Positions 20,058 through 28,322 of a stretch of DNA of 64,000 nt are shown here, piece by piece. The notes beneath the pieces are model-generated. The model was given only the letters and a program-made list of their open reading frames with translations, had not been told where the DNA came from and did no database searches. The first letter of the stretch is position 1; each line of letters starts with the position of its first letter. The position numbers were made by a program, and so were the translations under genes. Source of the DNA: Candidatus Cloacimonadales bacterium (lineage in GTDB: Bacteria > Cloacimonadota > Cloacimonadia > Cloacimonadales > JAIOQZ01); assembly GCA_963662655.2 (NCBI GenBank), contig CAXXTU010000002.1, positions 3,552,001-3,616,000 on the forward strand, written 5' to 3'.

Positions 20058-23000
20058 ATGAGAACCATGAAACCACGCGTTATATGGATGTTGGGTCTCC
20101 TTTTCATTTTTACGGTATCCTCTTTATGGAGTGTGTCGCTGGATGAACTGGAAAGGGAACACCAGAAGTTGCAGGAATCAAAACGGGAAGTTTATAATCT
20201 AATCCAGAAAGATATACGGGATAATCCGAATTCACCCGATGTGCCTTTCTTGTATTTCAAGCTGGCGCAATTGAGTTCGGAGCTCGAAAGTATCGATGAT
20301 CCTGGGAAGACTGCTGGATTTTACAAAAAAGTCTTGGAACTTGATCCAACATTCCCAGATAAAGACGTGGTACTGTACAATCTCGCGTATTTCTCTTACG
20401 AAGCCGCAAGAATGGCAAGGGATGAAAAGAGAGAGCGGAACATCGACCAGGCAATGAACTGGCCGGACAGCTATCGCTTGTCGGAAGATCAGCCGTTGGT
20501 GAAAACCGCTATCGATTCCTACACGGAAATCTATATCAAGTATCTCAATTCTCCCTACAACTCGGAAGCCTTGTTCAGGCTTGGCAACATTTACTACGAT
20601 CTCGGATTCGATGCAAGAAGAGGCGAGAAGTACTACACCGTAGCTTCTAAATTCTTCGATATCCTCGCGAGAAGAGAAGGCGATCCTTACCAGAATTTCG
20701 GTATATTCTATCGCGGTTGGGTGAACTTCACGAAGGGCGATTATCAGAATGCGATCGATGACTTCTCTCTGATACTGCACGCTATCGAAAATGGCGGCGC
20801 GATCGAATTTAAAACATATTTCGAAAGCGAAGCGATCGAAAACATTGCATACAGCTTGATAGAAGCCGACAGTACTAACTTCGAACAACGCTCTCGCGCC
20901 GCTCAGTTCGCGCGCGATTCATTTATAGAGCTTGTGAACGAAAACACCGGTAAGAAGATTCTGCGGGAAGCAATCGATCTCAAGTTGCAACTCAACGCTC
21001 CCATGCAGGCTGTCGACCTCTACAAGGCGTACGTGAATCTCTATGGAAAGAGCCTGGAAGCTCCTTCGTACATCGATTCCGTTATGACGATTTATAAAAG
21101 AAATCCGAACCGCCTTCGCGACGAGGATATCCGCCAGGCGATTACACGCGAGAATGAATACCTTGTGACCAATTACAAGTATGCTTCCGACTGGTACATT
21201 GCCAATGAGGCGAATCCCAGTTTCATGGCGCAACTTCGCGTTATTCGTGACGCATACAAGTTCCTCGCGCCGGAATATCTCATTGCGTTCCAGAATAGCA
21301 ATAGCGAATCGGATTTCAACCTGTACCAGGATTTGTTCGAGAATTACCGGAAATTCCCGCAGTTCGCCCAAATGGATACGGATGAGGGGGAAGGCGATTG
21401 GTTCTTCGAATACGAGCTTAGCTCCGCCGCAGGTTACCTTACACTCGCGGATCAATCGGATGATCCCGGCAAGTATCTCCTCGCACACGACAAGCTCACG
21501 GAGATCAATACAAAATTCCCGGAAAACGATCGATACATCGCGAACGAAACAAACGCGTTCTATTGCATCGAGCGGATTTACCAGATTCTGAATCCGACGG
21601 TTGCGGACAATCCGTATATCAATCCGGTGGATAGCCTCGTGATTGACAAAGCGGCTCTGGACTCGATCTATATCGCCGGCTCGGTGCGCTATGAGAGCAC
21701 GCTGACCTCGGAAGAATACCAGTCGGCGCAAAAAGCGGAAGACCTGAAAAAGATTATCTACCGTCGCGCGGAACTGCGTTTTGAGAACGAGGACCTCGAC
21801 CTTGCTTACCAGGACTACGAGAAGCTACTCAATCTGCAAATCACCGACGAACTCCGCAAGGTCGCTTTCAGCCGCCTGGCGAGCATCAACGAGCAGCGTG
21901 GCGATTATACGATGGCGATTGATTTCTACAATCAGGCCGCGAACTTCGCCGGAACGGCGGAGGAACGCGCAGCCATCAAGACGAACATCGCTGCCGCTTA
22001 TCAGTCGGACGCGGAGCAGCTCCGCGATACCGGCAATTTCCAGCAGGCCGCCGAGAAATACATCCGGCTTTCGGATGAGATTGCCTTCAAGGATTCGGCG
22101 CAGTCTGTCGCATTCCGCGTGAAAGCGATTGAAATGTACAACAAGATTCCTCAGTACGATATGAGCATCGCGCTCCTGAAAGAGATTGCGAGCTCGCAGA
22201 AGAACATCGATCAGGTGCTGGGATATTACGTAAAGGCCTGGAACATCGCCGATACGCTCATGATGAATCCTTCGCTCGGCGAACAGCTCCGCTGGGAATT
22301 CGTGGATATGTATCCACGTAGCAACCAGGCGTACAATATCCAGCTCGATATCATCAAGCGTTACGAGGACGATCCCGCAACGAAGGCCGCCGCCGCTCAA
22401 ATGTACCTCGATCTTCACGCCAAGGCCGGCAATATCGACCTCGGCGAAGACAAGATCGAAGACTTGATGCTCAAAGCAATTTCAATAGAAAGAGGGCTTG
22501 GAAACGAAGCGAAGCTGATTGACCTGATGCTTGCCTTCGAGAAGCAATATCCCAAACATTCAGCTGCGAACGAATTTCTTATAGAGGTCGCCAAGAAGTA
22601 CAAAGCGATGGGCGATCAAGCTCAATACAAAGAACTCGCTCGTTACATCAATAAGAAGGATCCGTCGATCGCACTTCTCGAATCAATCGCCAGCGAAGAA
22701 TTGAAAGAGCTCTTCACGAATGTGAACACATTGTTCGAAGCGAAGGCGTACGATTCAATGCGTGAAAAGATACTCCAATATAAGGAAGTCGAGAATACCT
22801 ACAAGAAGGAAGGCCTCGACCTCCACATCGCTTCGGTCTACGAAACGTTCGACTACATCGAGAACTTCATCTCCTGGGAGAGCAGTTATAACGACATGGT
22901 CGCGGAGCTTGATGCATATCTCGAGAAATCCCCCAACGACCTCTTGCTGGTGGGAGAGCCTACCAAGTGGAAAACCAAGGTTGTTCCACGTATGAAAACC

Positions 23001-24359
23001 CTTGTTAAAAACTGCGATAATGAGTACAACAAGGTGCTTGATGTGATCGCTACCGGTAAGGAATACGGAATATCCGATCCGCAGACCACGAAGATCCTTT
23101 ACCTCGCCGCTCAGGTTTACGATTACAGTCTGGAAGCCTTGATCGAACAGGTGAAAAAATACCAGGAAATAACAAGCGAAGCTCAACAGTATCGTGACGC
23201 CGGTCCTTCCGTGTATCAGCAGTTTACGAGTGCGATTGCTGCCGCCACGAACGAGGATCGCGCAACGTTGAAGAAGAAATCGCTTCAGCTCTATAATACG
23301 ATCGTTGTCAACTTCACCGATAAGACCGGTTACACGGATGAATACACCGAAAAAGCGATGGATAAACTCATCGAGTTCGGTATCCGTAAACCGAAAGAAT
23401 ACCAGGATATCGTCATGGATGGTTCCTGGAACATCAAGCTGACACCTGTCGTTCCGGATTCGATGATCTCGGATCAGTGGACAAATCTTTCTGCCTCTAA
23501 GACAGCGACTTCAGACGAACTCGGGATGATCGAGCTTGTTGAAATCGCTCCGATGGCGGACGCTCAAATCAAGAGCTCGATGAACGCCGAGATCGCGCCG
23601 GAGCTGCTGACGGTTGACTACTTCAGCAATCAGCCGGTGCAGGTCTTCGTCAACGAAGTTCTCGTCGATAAGGCTGCGACAGCGGTTGATACACTCGTTG
23701 TCGATGGATATGATGTGCCGCATTATTCACTGGTGACAAGCCAGTCGCTCGTCCAGGGAATGAATACGGTCGGGTTCCAGGTTGCTCACGGCGATTCACT
23801 CGACACAACGCTCTTCTCCGCGAGATACCAGGCTCAGTATGACCAGGGCGATCTCGAGTTCTACCGCACGACCGAGGAGATTTCGATCGATACGGATTAC
23901 TCGTGGTACACATCTCGTAATGCGGATATCGATCCTGCGACCACGGCTCCGGACTCGACATGGAAACTCGCCGCAAAAGGCAATTTCAGCTTCTACCGTG
24001 TTCAGATCCAGGAGATGCAGGATGTAAACGCGATAGAAATCTGGGCACCCGCGATTGACACAACGGGTACTTCGACTGTATATTTTATCAAGAACTTCGA
24101 TATCGATACCGAGGTTCTCGACGGAACGATGTCGTTTATAGCGGAAAAAACCGGTTCCGTGTGGATCAATGGCGTGAATATCTTCGATTCGATGGAGATC
24201 ATGATCGACCAGCAGGTGAGTCAGGTTCTGCCGTACATGATGCCTCTCGATGCATCGTATTTCGTCCAGGGGCGCAACACGATCCTCGTCAAGGTTGATG
24301 GCGGCGAAAAATATAAGGGTTTACTGTTTAACCTGAATATGTATGTCAGGAAACCGTAA
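20058..24359 (+). CDS. Very large exported TPR protein with C-terminal beta-sandwich domains (GltD-like position)
   Basis: Signal peptide; many TPRs (EALFRLGNIYYDLG; FYRGWVNFTKGDYQNAIDDF); final ~300 aa beta-rich (YFIKNFDI...VWING...GRNTILVKV). Confidence 0.8.
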   Translation: MRTMKPRVIWMLGLLFIFTVSSLWSVSLDELEREHQKLQESKREVYNLIQKDIRDNPNSPDVPFLYFKLAQLSSELESIDDPGKTAGFYKKVLELDPTFPDKDVVLYNLAYFSYEAARMARDEKRERNIDQAMNWPDSYRLSEDQPLVKTAIDSYTEIYIKYLNSPYNSEALFRLGNIYYDLGFDARRGEKYYTVASKFFDILARREGDPYQNFGIFYRGWVNFTKGDYQNAIDDFSLILHAIENGGAIEFKTYFESEAIENIAYSLIEADSTNFEQRSRAAQFARDSFIELVNENTGKKILREAIDLKLQLNAPMQAVDLYKAYVNLYGKSLEAPSYIDSVMTIYKRNPNRLRDEDIRQAITRENEYLVTNYKYASDWYIANEANPSFMAQLRVIRDAYKFLAPEYLIAFQNSNSESDFNLYQDLFENYRKFPQFAQMDTDEGEGDWFFEYELSSAAGYLTLADQSDDPGKYLLAHDKLTEINTKFPENDRYIANETNAFYCIERIYQILNPTVADNPYINPVDSLVIDKAALDSIYIAGSVRYESTLTSEEYQSAQKAEDLKKIIYRRAELRFENEDLDLAYQDYEKLLNLQITDELRKVAFSRLASINEQRGDYTMAIDFYNQAANFAGTAEERAAIKTNIAAAYQSDAEQLRDTGNFQQAAEKYIRLSDEIAFKDSAQSVAFRVKAIEMYNKIPQYDMSIALLKEIASSQKNIDQVLGYYVKAWNIADTLMMNPSLGEQLRWEFVDMYPRSNQAYNIQLDIIKRYEDDPATKAAAAQMYLDLHAKAGNIDLGEDKIEDLMLKAISIERGLGNEAKLIDLMLAFEKQYPKHSAANEFLIEVAKKYKAMGDQAQYKELARYINKKDPSIALLESIASEELKELFTNVNTLFEAKAYDSMREKILQYKEVENTYKKEGLDLHIASVYETFDYIENFISWESSYNDMVAELDAYLEKSPNDLLLVGEPTKWKTKVVPRMKTLVKNCDNEYNKVLDVIATGKEYGISDPQTTKILYLAAQVYDYSLEALIEQVKKYQEITSEAQQYRDAGPSVYQQFTSAIAAATNEDRATLKKKSLQLYNTIVVNFTDKTGYTDEYTEKAMDKLIEFGIRKPKEYQDIVMDGSWNIKLTPVVPDSMISDQWTNLSASKTATSDELGMIELVEIAPMADAQIKSSMNAEIAPELLTVDYFSNQPVQVFVNEVLVDKAATAVDTLVVDGYDVPHYSLVTSQSLVQGMNTVGFQVAHGDSLDTTLFSARYQAQYDQGDLEFYRTTEEISIDTDYSWYTSRNADIDPATTAPDSTWKLAAKGNFSFYRVQIQEMQDVNAIEIWAPAIDTTGTSTVYFIKNFDIDTEVLDGTMSFIAEKTGSVWINGVNIFDSMEIMIDQQVSQVLPYMMPLDASYFVQGRNTILVKVDGGEKYKGLLFNLNMYVRKP

Positions 24360-24375
24360 GGTAAAGAGGTCCATT

Positions 24376-24696
24376 ATGAAGAAACTTCTCATTGTAGCGC
24401 TGTTACTGGCTGGCCTGAGCTTGTTCGCCCAGCAGGCCGAAGAGAATGAGAATCAGCCGGAGGTTCAGGTTCAGGAGCAGACACAAACGCAAACGCAAGC
24501 TGGAACGACTCAGGATCTCAGAGCCCGTTTCCAGAATATCGAAGTGTACAGAGATACAGAAGAAAGCCAGATTCAGGTCGACGATCTGAAGCCAGGTCAA
24601 TCAACATTGAAAGAGCGCCAGGCATCCAAGTGGAATGCTGGAGCCAAGCGCGTTTACCTTGAAAGATTTCAGAAGTCTAATAAGTTATTATATTGA
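24376..24696 (+). CDS. Small secreted protein (GltF-like position)
   Basis: GAGG SD; MKKLLIVALLLAGLSLFA signal peptide; Gln/Glu/Thr-rich linker, then FQNIEVYRDTEESQIQV. Confidence 0.75.
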   Translation: MKKLLIVALLLAGLSLFAQQAEENENQPEVQVQEQTQTQTQAGTTQDLRARFQNIEVYRDTEESQIQVDDLKPGQSTLKERQASKWNAGAKRVYLERFQKSNKLLY

Positions 24697-24713
24697 TAAA
24701 CAGGAGGTTTAGA

Positions 24714-25472
24714 ATGTCTTCGTTCTTAAGGAAAATATGCTTCATAGGAGTGCTGTTTGTTTTAACAGTAAGTCTGGCAGCACAGGATGCAGCGGTACGT
24801 GGTGGAGAAGGTATCGACTTTGGAAAGATGTTTTCTGGTACACCGGGTATGTTCATGTACCTTATCGTGTTACTGGGTGTCGTTAGTCTTGTTCTCGCAA
24901 TCGTAAAACTTTTCCGTCTTGGAATCAAAGAGAAATTCGATGCACAGGGTTTCTATCTGAAACTGAAAGGTTACATCAAAAACGAACAGTACGATGAAGC
25001 AATCAAAGTCTGTAAGAATTTCAAGAACAAAACAATGGGCTTCATTTTCTGGAACGGCCTGGTATCGTTCAACGACGCTCGCAAGATCGGCAGGAAAGGT
25101 ATGGACCTTCGTCAGATTCTTCAGAACTCGTTCGATGAAGCCAGTATGCAGAAGATACCCGAAGTTACCGCAGGACTGCACTGGTTCGATCTGATCGCGC
25201 AGGTCGCGACGCTTCTCGGACTTCTCGGTACGATCTTCGGTCTTATCTTCGCGTTCAACGCGTTGGCAAACGCACCGGAAGCCGACCGTACGCGTCTTCT
25301 GACCGAAGGTATCGGAACCGCTATGGGAACAACGGGTCTTGGTCTGATCGTCGCGATCCCAACTCTTCTTATCAAGGGTTATCTGCAAGGTCGTGCAGAA
25401 CGCATTACCGACCAGATCGACGAATTCAGCGTAAAAACTATCAACCAGATCAATTACACAATAAAGGATTAG
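24714..25472 (+). CDS. MotA/TolQ/ExbB proton-channel protein (AglR-like)
   Basis: AGGAGG SD; ATLLGLLGTIFGLI and GIGTAMGTTGLGLIVAIP TM motifs. Confidence 0.95.
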   Translation: MSSFLRKICFIGVLFVLTVSLAAQDAAVRGGEGIDFGKMFSGTPGMFMYLIVLLGVVSLVLAIVKLFRLGIKEKFDAQGFYLKLKGYIKNEQYDEAIKVCKNFKNKTMGFIFWNGLVSFNDARKIGRKGMDLRQILQNSFDEASMQKIPEVTAGLHWFDLIAQVATLLGLLGTIFGLIFAFNALANAPEADRTRLLTEGIGTAMGTTGLGLIVAIPTLLIKGYLQGRAERITDQIDEFSVKTINQINYTIKD

Positions 25473-25476
25473 TGCC

Positions 25477-26001
25477 ATGGCATATCGTCCATCGGAATCA
25501 CGTAAAGGTGGTAACTGGGAAACCAAGGATTTGAACCTGATTCCTATCATGAATCTGTTCATCGTGGTTATCCCAATGCTTCTCACCATTATCGTGATGA
25601 CGCAAATGGCGATGATCGAAATCTCTCTGCCGACGCAAGCTGGAGCAGGGGATAATCAGAATGGGGAAGATGCAGCGGACAAACCGCAGGCTAAGCTCCT
25701 GGTGATTACTCCTGAAGGATTTGAGATTTTTACCCCTGGTGGTGAAGATGAGGATGGTATTCAGCTACCTATACTCAATCCAGAAGCTACAGAAGCTATT
25801 CAGATGTACGATTTCTATCGGCTCGATCAGGAAATCGCCAAAATCAGAGAAGATAATGAATCACTCGAAGCCATCGGCATTATGCCCGATCCACGTGTTA
25901 CGTTCGAAACGCTTCTCATGACCATCGACGTTGCCAAGAGCAATGGATTTGAAGTGGATTACAAGAAGTTCGAGCGTACAGGCTTACGCAGGGTTCAATA
26001 G
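25477..26001 (+). CDS. ExbD/TolR family protein with Asn at the channel-Asp position
   Basis: DLNLIPIMNLFIVVIPMLL TM; periplasmic IMPDPRVTFETLLMTIDVAK motif. Confidence 0.9.
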   Translation: MAYRPSESRKGGNWETKDLNLIPIMNLFIVVIPMLLTIIVMTQMAMIEISLPTQAGAGDNQNGEDAADKPQAKLLVITPEGFEIFTPGGEDEDGIQLPILNPEATEAIQMYDFYRLDQEIAKIREDNESLEAIGIMPDPRVTFETLLMTIDVAKSNGFEVDYKKFERTGLRRVQ

Positions 26002-26010
26002 GAGTTCCCA

Positions 26011-26598
26011 ATGGCGAAGAGAATATCTTACACCAAGGTGAAAAGGTCGGTACACGGAACGACCGGTCGCGAGGCAAAGAAGAAACATCCGAAGACAAAA
26101 GAGATCAACATTACATCTCTGATCGATATTCTTACGATCCTTCTGGTGTTCCTTATCAAGAACGTCTCGATGGAAGCGCAGAAGACGCAGGAACCGGAAG
26201 GAATGAAGTTACCGTCAACGGCAACCAAACAGGAACTCATCAAAAATGGTAACACCGTGATTATCAAAGTGTATCAGGATCAGATTCTTTTCGGAACATC
26301 CAGCACAAAGGTTATTCCCGATGACAAGAAAGCTGGTTTTGAAGGCCGCGAGCTGGAAGTCTATATGACGGATCAGGCAACACGAGAAGCGATGCTGGGT
26401 CTTCTTCAGGCACAGGCTGCTCAGATAAAAGGAGCAAATGCCGAGGCGATACCCGCAATTTTGATACAAGCGGACAACAATGTACAGTGCCGCTATATCA
26501 CGGACATGATCATTTTGTGTGCAAATTCGGAATTTACGCATATTTACTTTTCAAGTATGCATGATACGCAGATCAAGGAGCGTTTCATAAAATCCTAA
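26011..26598 (+). CDS. ExbD/TolR family protein (channel Asp intact)
   Basis: EINITSLIDILTILLVFLIK TM; ILIQADNNV motif. Confidence 0.92.
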   Translation: MAKRISYTKVKRSVHGTTGREAKKKHPKTKEINITSLIDILTILLVFLIKNVSMEAQKTQEPEGMKLPSTATKQELIKNGNTVIIKVYQDQILFGTSSTKVIPDDKKAGFEGRELEVYMTDQATREAMLGLLQAQAAQIKGANAEAIPAILIQADNNVQCRYITDMIILCANSEFTHIYFSSMHDTQIKERFIKS

Positions 26599-26617
26599 TT
26601 TCCCAGGAGTAGTCTGT

Positions 26618-28084
26618 ATGGGCAATAAATTATTAAATTTGAAGTTACTTTATAAAGGGAAACAAGTAAACTTCGCTTACCAGAGAACGGAAGGAAGTCC
26701 GAAGGTATGGGAATTCAAGAATTCCTTCATCCTTGGGTCCGATCCGCACCTTTTCTGGCAAATACTGGATGATCGTTTCCCGAAGAAGTTTTCGTTGATC
26801 TCCAAGAAGGGGGATAATTTCATCCTGCATCTCACAAAAGGTATGAATTTGTCCGTCATGCGAGGCGACGACAACTTGACAATGGACGACCTGAAGCAAC
26901 AGCGACTGCTCAATGGAAATAGTGTGACACTCGATGAAAGGACAAGCGGAACGATCGGCTTGAATCCTGACTATCAGATACAGTACAGTTTCCAGACTCC
27001 GCGTCCGCAGGTGCTGTCTCAGGCCGAAATCGCGATGATTCGCGAGTTCAACAGGAAACCGGCCGCTACTGCCGAAGCAACCTTTACGAAATGGTTCCTG
27101 ATTATCAGTTTGCTGGTGACGCTCATCGGTTTGACCACCTTCAATCTGACATACGAGCCGAAGAAGGTTGAACATTCCATCGTGGATCTGTACCAGCAGC
27201 GTGATCTTGCAACCCAGGTATCATTCGACGTACAGCAGCCCGAAGATGAAGGTGCTGTTACCGATTACGGCATGGGCGACAAGGTCGATAAAGATGCCGG
27301 CGTAACGGAAGAACAGGCGCAGGAGATCGTGCAGGAAGCTCAGGCAAAGACGGTTAGCGACATTGCCGCCACGCTTGGCGAGTTCAACGTATCCGGGGGA
27401 GGAACCGGTAGTCTCGACGAGACCGGTATCGGCCAGGATGCGATTTTTGAAGTGAACCAGGCTGCGGACATCGTGGCTGCGGGTCCTGCAAAAGGCGCTT
27501 CCCGTACAACGTCATCTGCCGCAATCGCTCAGTTCGACACGAAGGGAGCAAAGGCTTCCGAGATCATGAGCGGTGAGGGCGGATTGGACGCAATCCTTGC
27601 TGACGGCAACCTTAACGTTGGCGCTGCCGGCGGTAAATTCGAGGCAGTCGACCTCGATGCCGTAGGCGCGTCGGGCGGCCAGATCACCCGTGTAACGATT
27701 ACCGGCTCAGCCCAGTTCGAAAGCATCAAGGCTGCTCGCTACAGCGGCTTGAGAACTGTTCGGGCACAGGACATCGAGACATCGGATATGTCGGCTTCGG
27801 ATAAGAACGTATACGTGAATATCCGCAACTATGTGAGAGCTTTCGAGCCTCAGATCACACAGGCGTTCCGTCGTGAGTCGGCGATCGTCGAGATGTACGG
27901 TTCGCTTGAAATCATCCTCTACATCAACGAGCAGGGTATGGTCGAAGGCGCAGACCTCGCGAAAGTTGGAGATAGTTTCTTCACGGACGATTTCCTTCAG
28001 AAAGCGCATACGATTATCACGAAGTGGAAATTCCCTGTTAAGAGTCGCTTGAAATACCAATGGCGTATGAACTTCATGAAATAG
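26618..28084 (+). CDS. Single-pass membrane protein with TonB-C-like C-terminal domain (GltG/PglI/AgmX-like)
   Basis: Cytoplasmic beta-rich N-domain (possibly a degenerate FHA); one TM (WFLIISLLVTLIGL); Gly/Ala-rich linker; C-terminus IRNYVRAFEPQITQAF...GSLEIILYINEQGMV...WKFP. Confidence 0.72.
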   Translation: MGNKLLNLKLLYKGKQVNFAYQRTEGSPKVWEFKNSFILGSDPHLFWQILDDRFPKKFSLISKKGDNFILHLTKGMNLSVMRGDDNLTMDDLKQQRLLNGNSVTLDERTSGTIGLNPDYQIQYSFQTPRPQVLSQAEIAMIREFNRKPAATAEATFTKWFLIISLLVTLIGLTTFNLTYEPKKVEHSIVDLYQQRDLATQVSFDVQQPEDEGAVTDYGMGDKVDKDAGVTEEQAQEIVQEAQAKTVSDIAATLGEFNVSGGGTGSLDETGIGQDAIFEVNQAADIVAAGPAKGASRTTSSAAIAQFDTKGAKASEIMSGEGGLDAILADGNLNVGAAGGKFEAVDLDAVGASGGQITRVTITGSAQFESIKAARYSGLRTVRAQDIETSDMSASDKNVYVNIRNYVRAFEPQITQAFRRESAIVEMYGSLEIILYINEQGMVEGADLAKVGDSFFTDDFLQKAHTIITKWKFPVKSRLKYQWRMNFMK

Positions 28085-28102
28085 TAAGCCATTCAATACA
28101 TG

Positions 28103-28131
28103 AAAGCCCCTGGAAACAGGGGCTTTTTTTT
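28103..28131 (+). terminator. Rho-independent terminator of the TPR-ExbBD operon
   Basis: AAAGCCCCTG-GAAA-CAGGGGCTTT followed by a T run. Confidence 0.92.
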
Positions 28132-28138
28132 GGGGAGA

Positions 28139-28247
28139 CGAAATGCGTTTAAATAAAGGTCCCGCCTCTTTTGAAATGCGATTTGCGATGGGCAAATCCC
28201 CTTCCAAAAGAAGACGTCCCGCCCTCCCGTAATGTAAACGCATTTCG
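28139..28247. repeat. Long nested imperfect inverted repeat (~109 nt rod)
   Basis: Outer arms 28139-28154 and 28232-28247 (15/16 complementary); inner stem TCTTTTG/CAAAAGA and GATTTGC/GCAAATC. Confidence 0.7.
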
Positions 28248-28322
28248 AGGGAAAAGGGGAGTCCGTTGAAAACCGCTGGACACGAACTTATTGTGGAGCT
28301 TCACTGACCACCGAGGTATAGC

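Noticed and set aside
24714..28084. Ordinary TonB-ExbBD uptake or Tol-Pal locus
   Set aside because: No TonB-dependent receptor, tolB or pal; the large TPR genes and the cytoplasmic N-domain on the TonB-C protein do not fit.
28139..28247. 6S RNA or SRP RNA identity for the rod-like palindrome
   Set aside because: Too short for a typical 6S RNA and lacks the SRP GGAA tetraloop/internal-loop motif; kept only as an unassigned structure.
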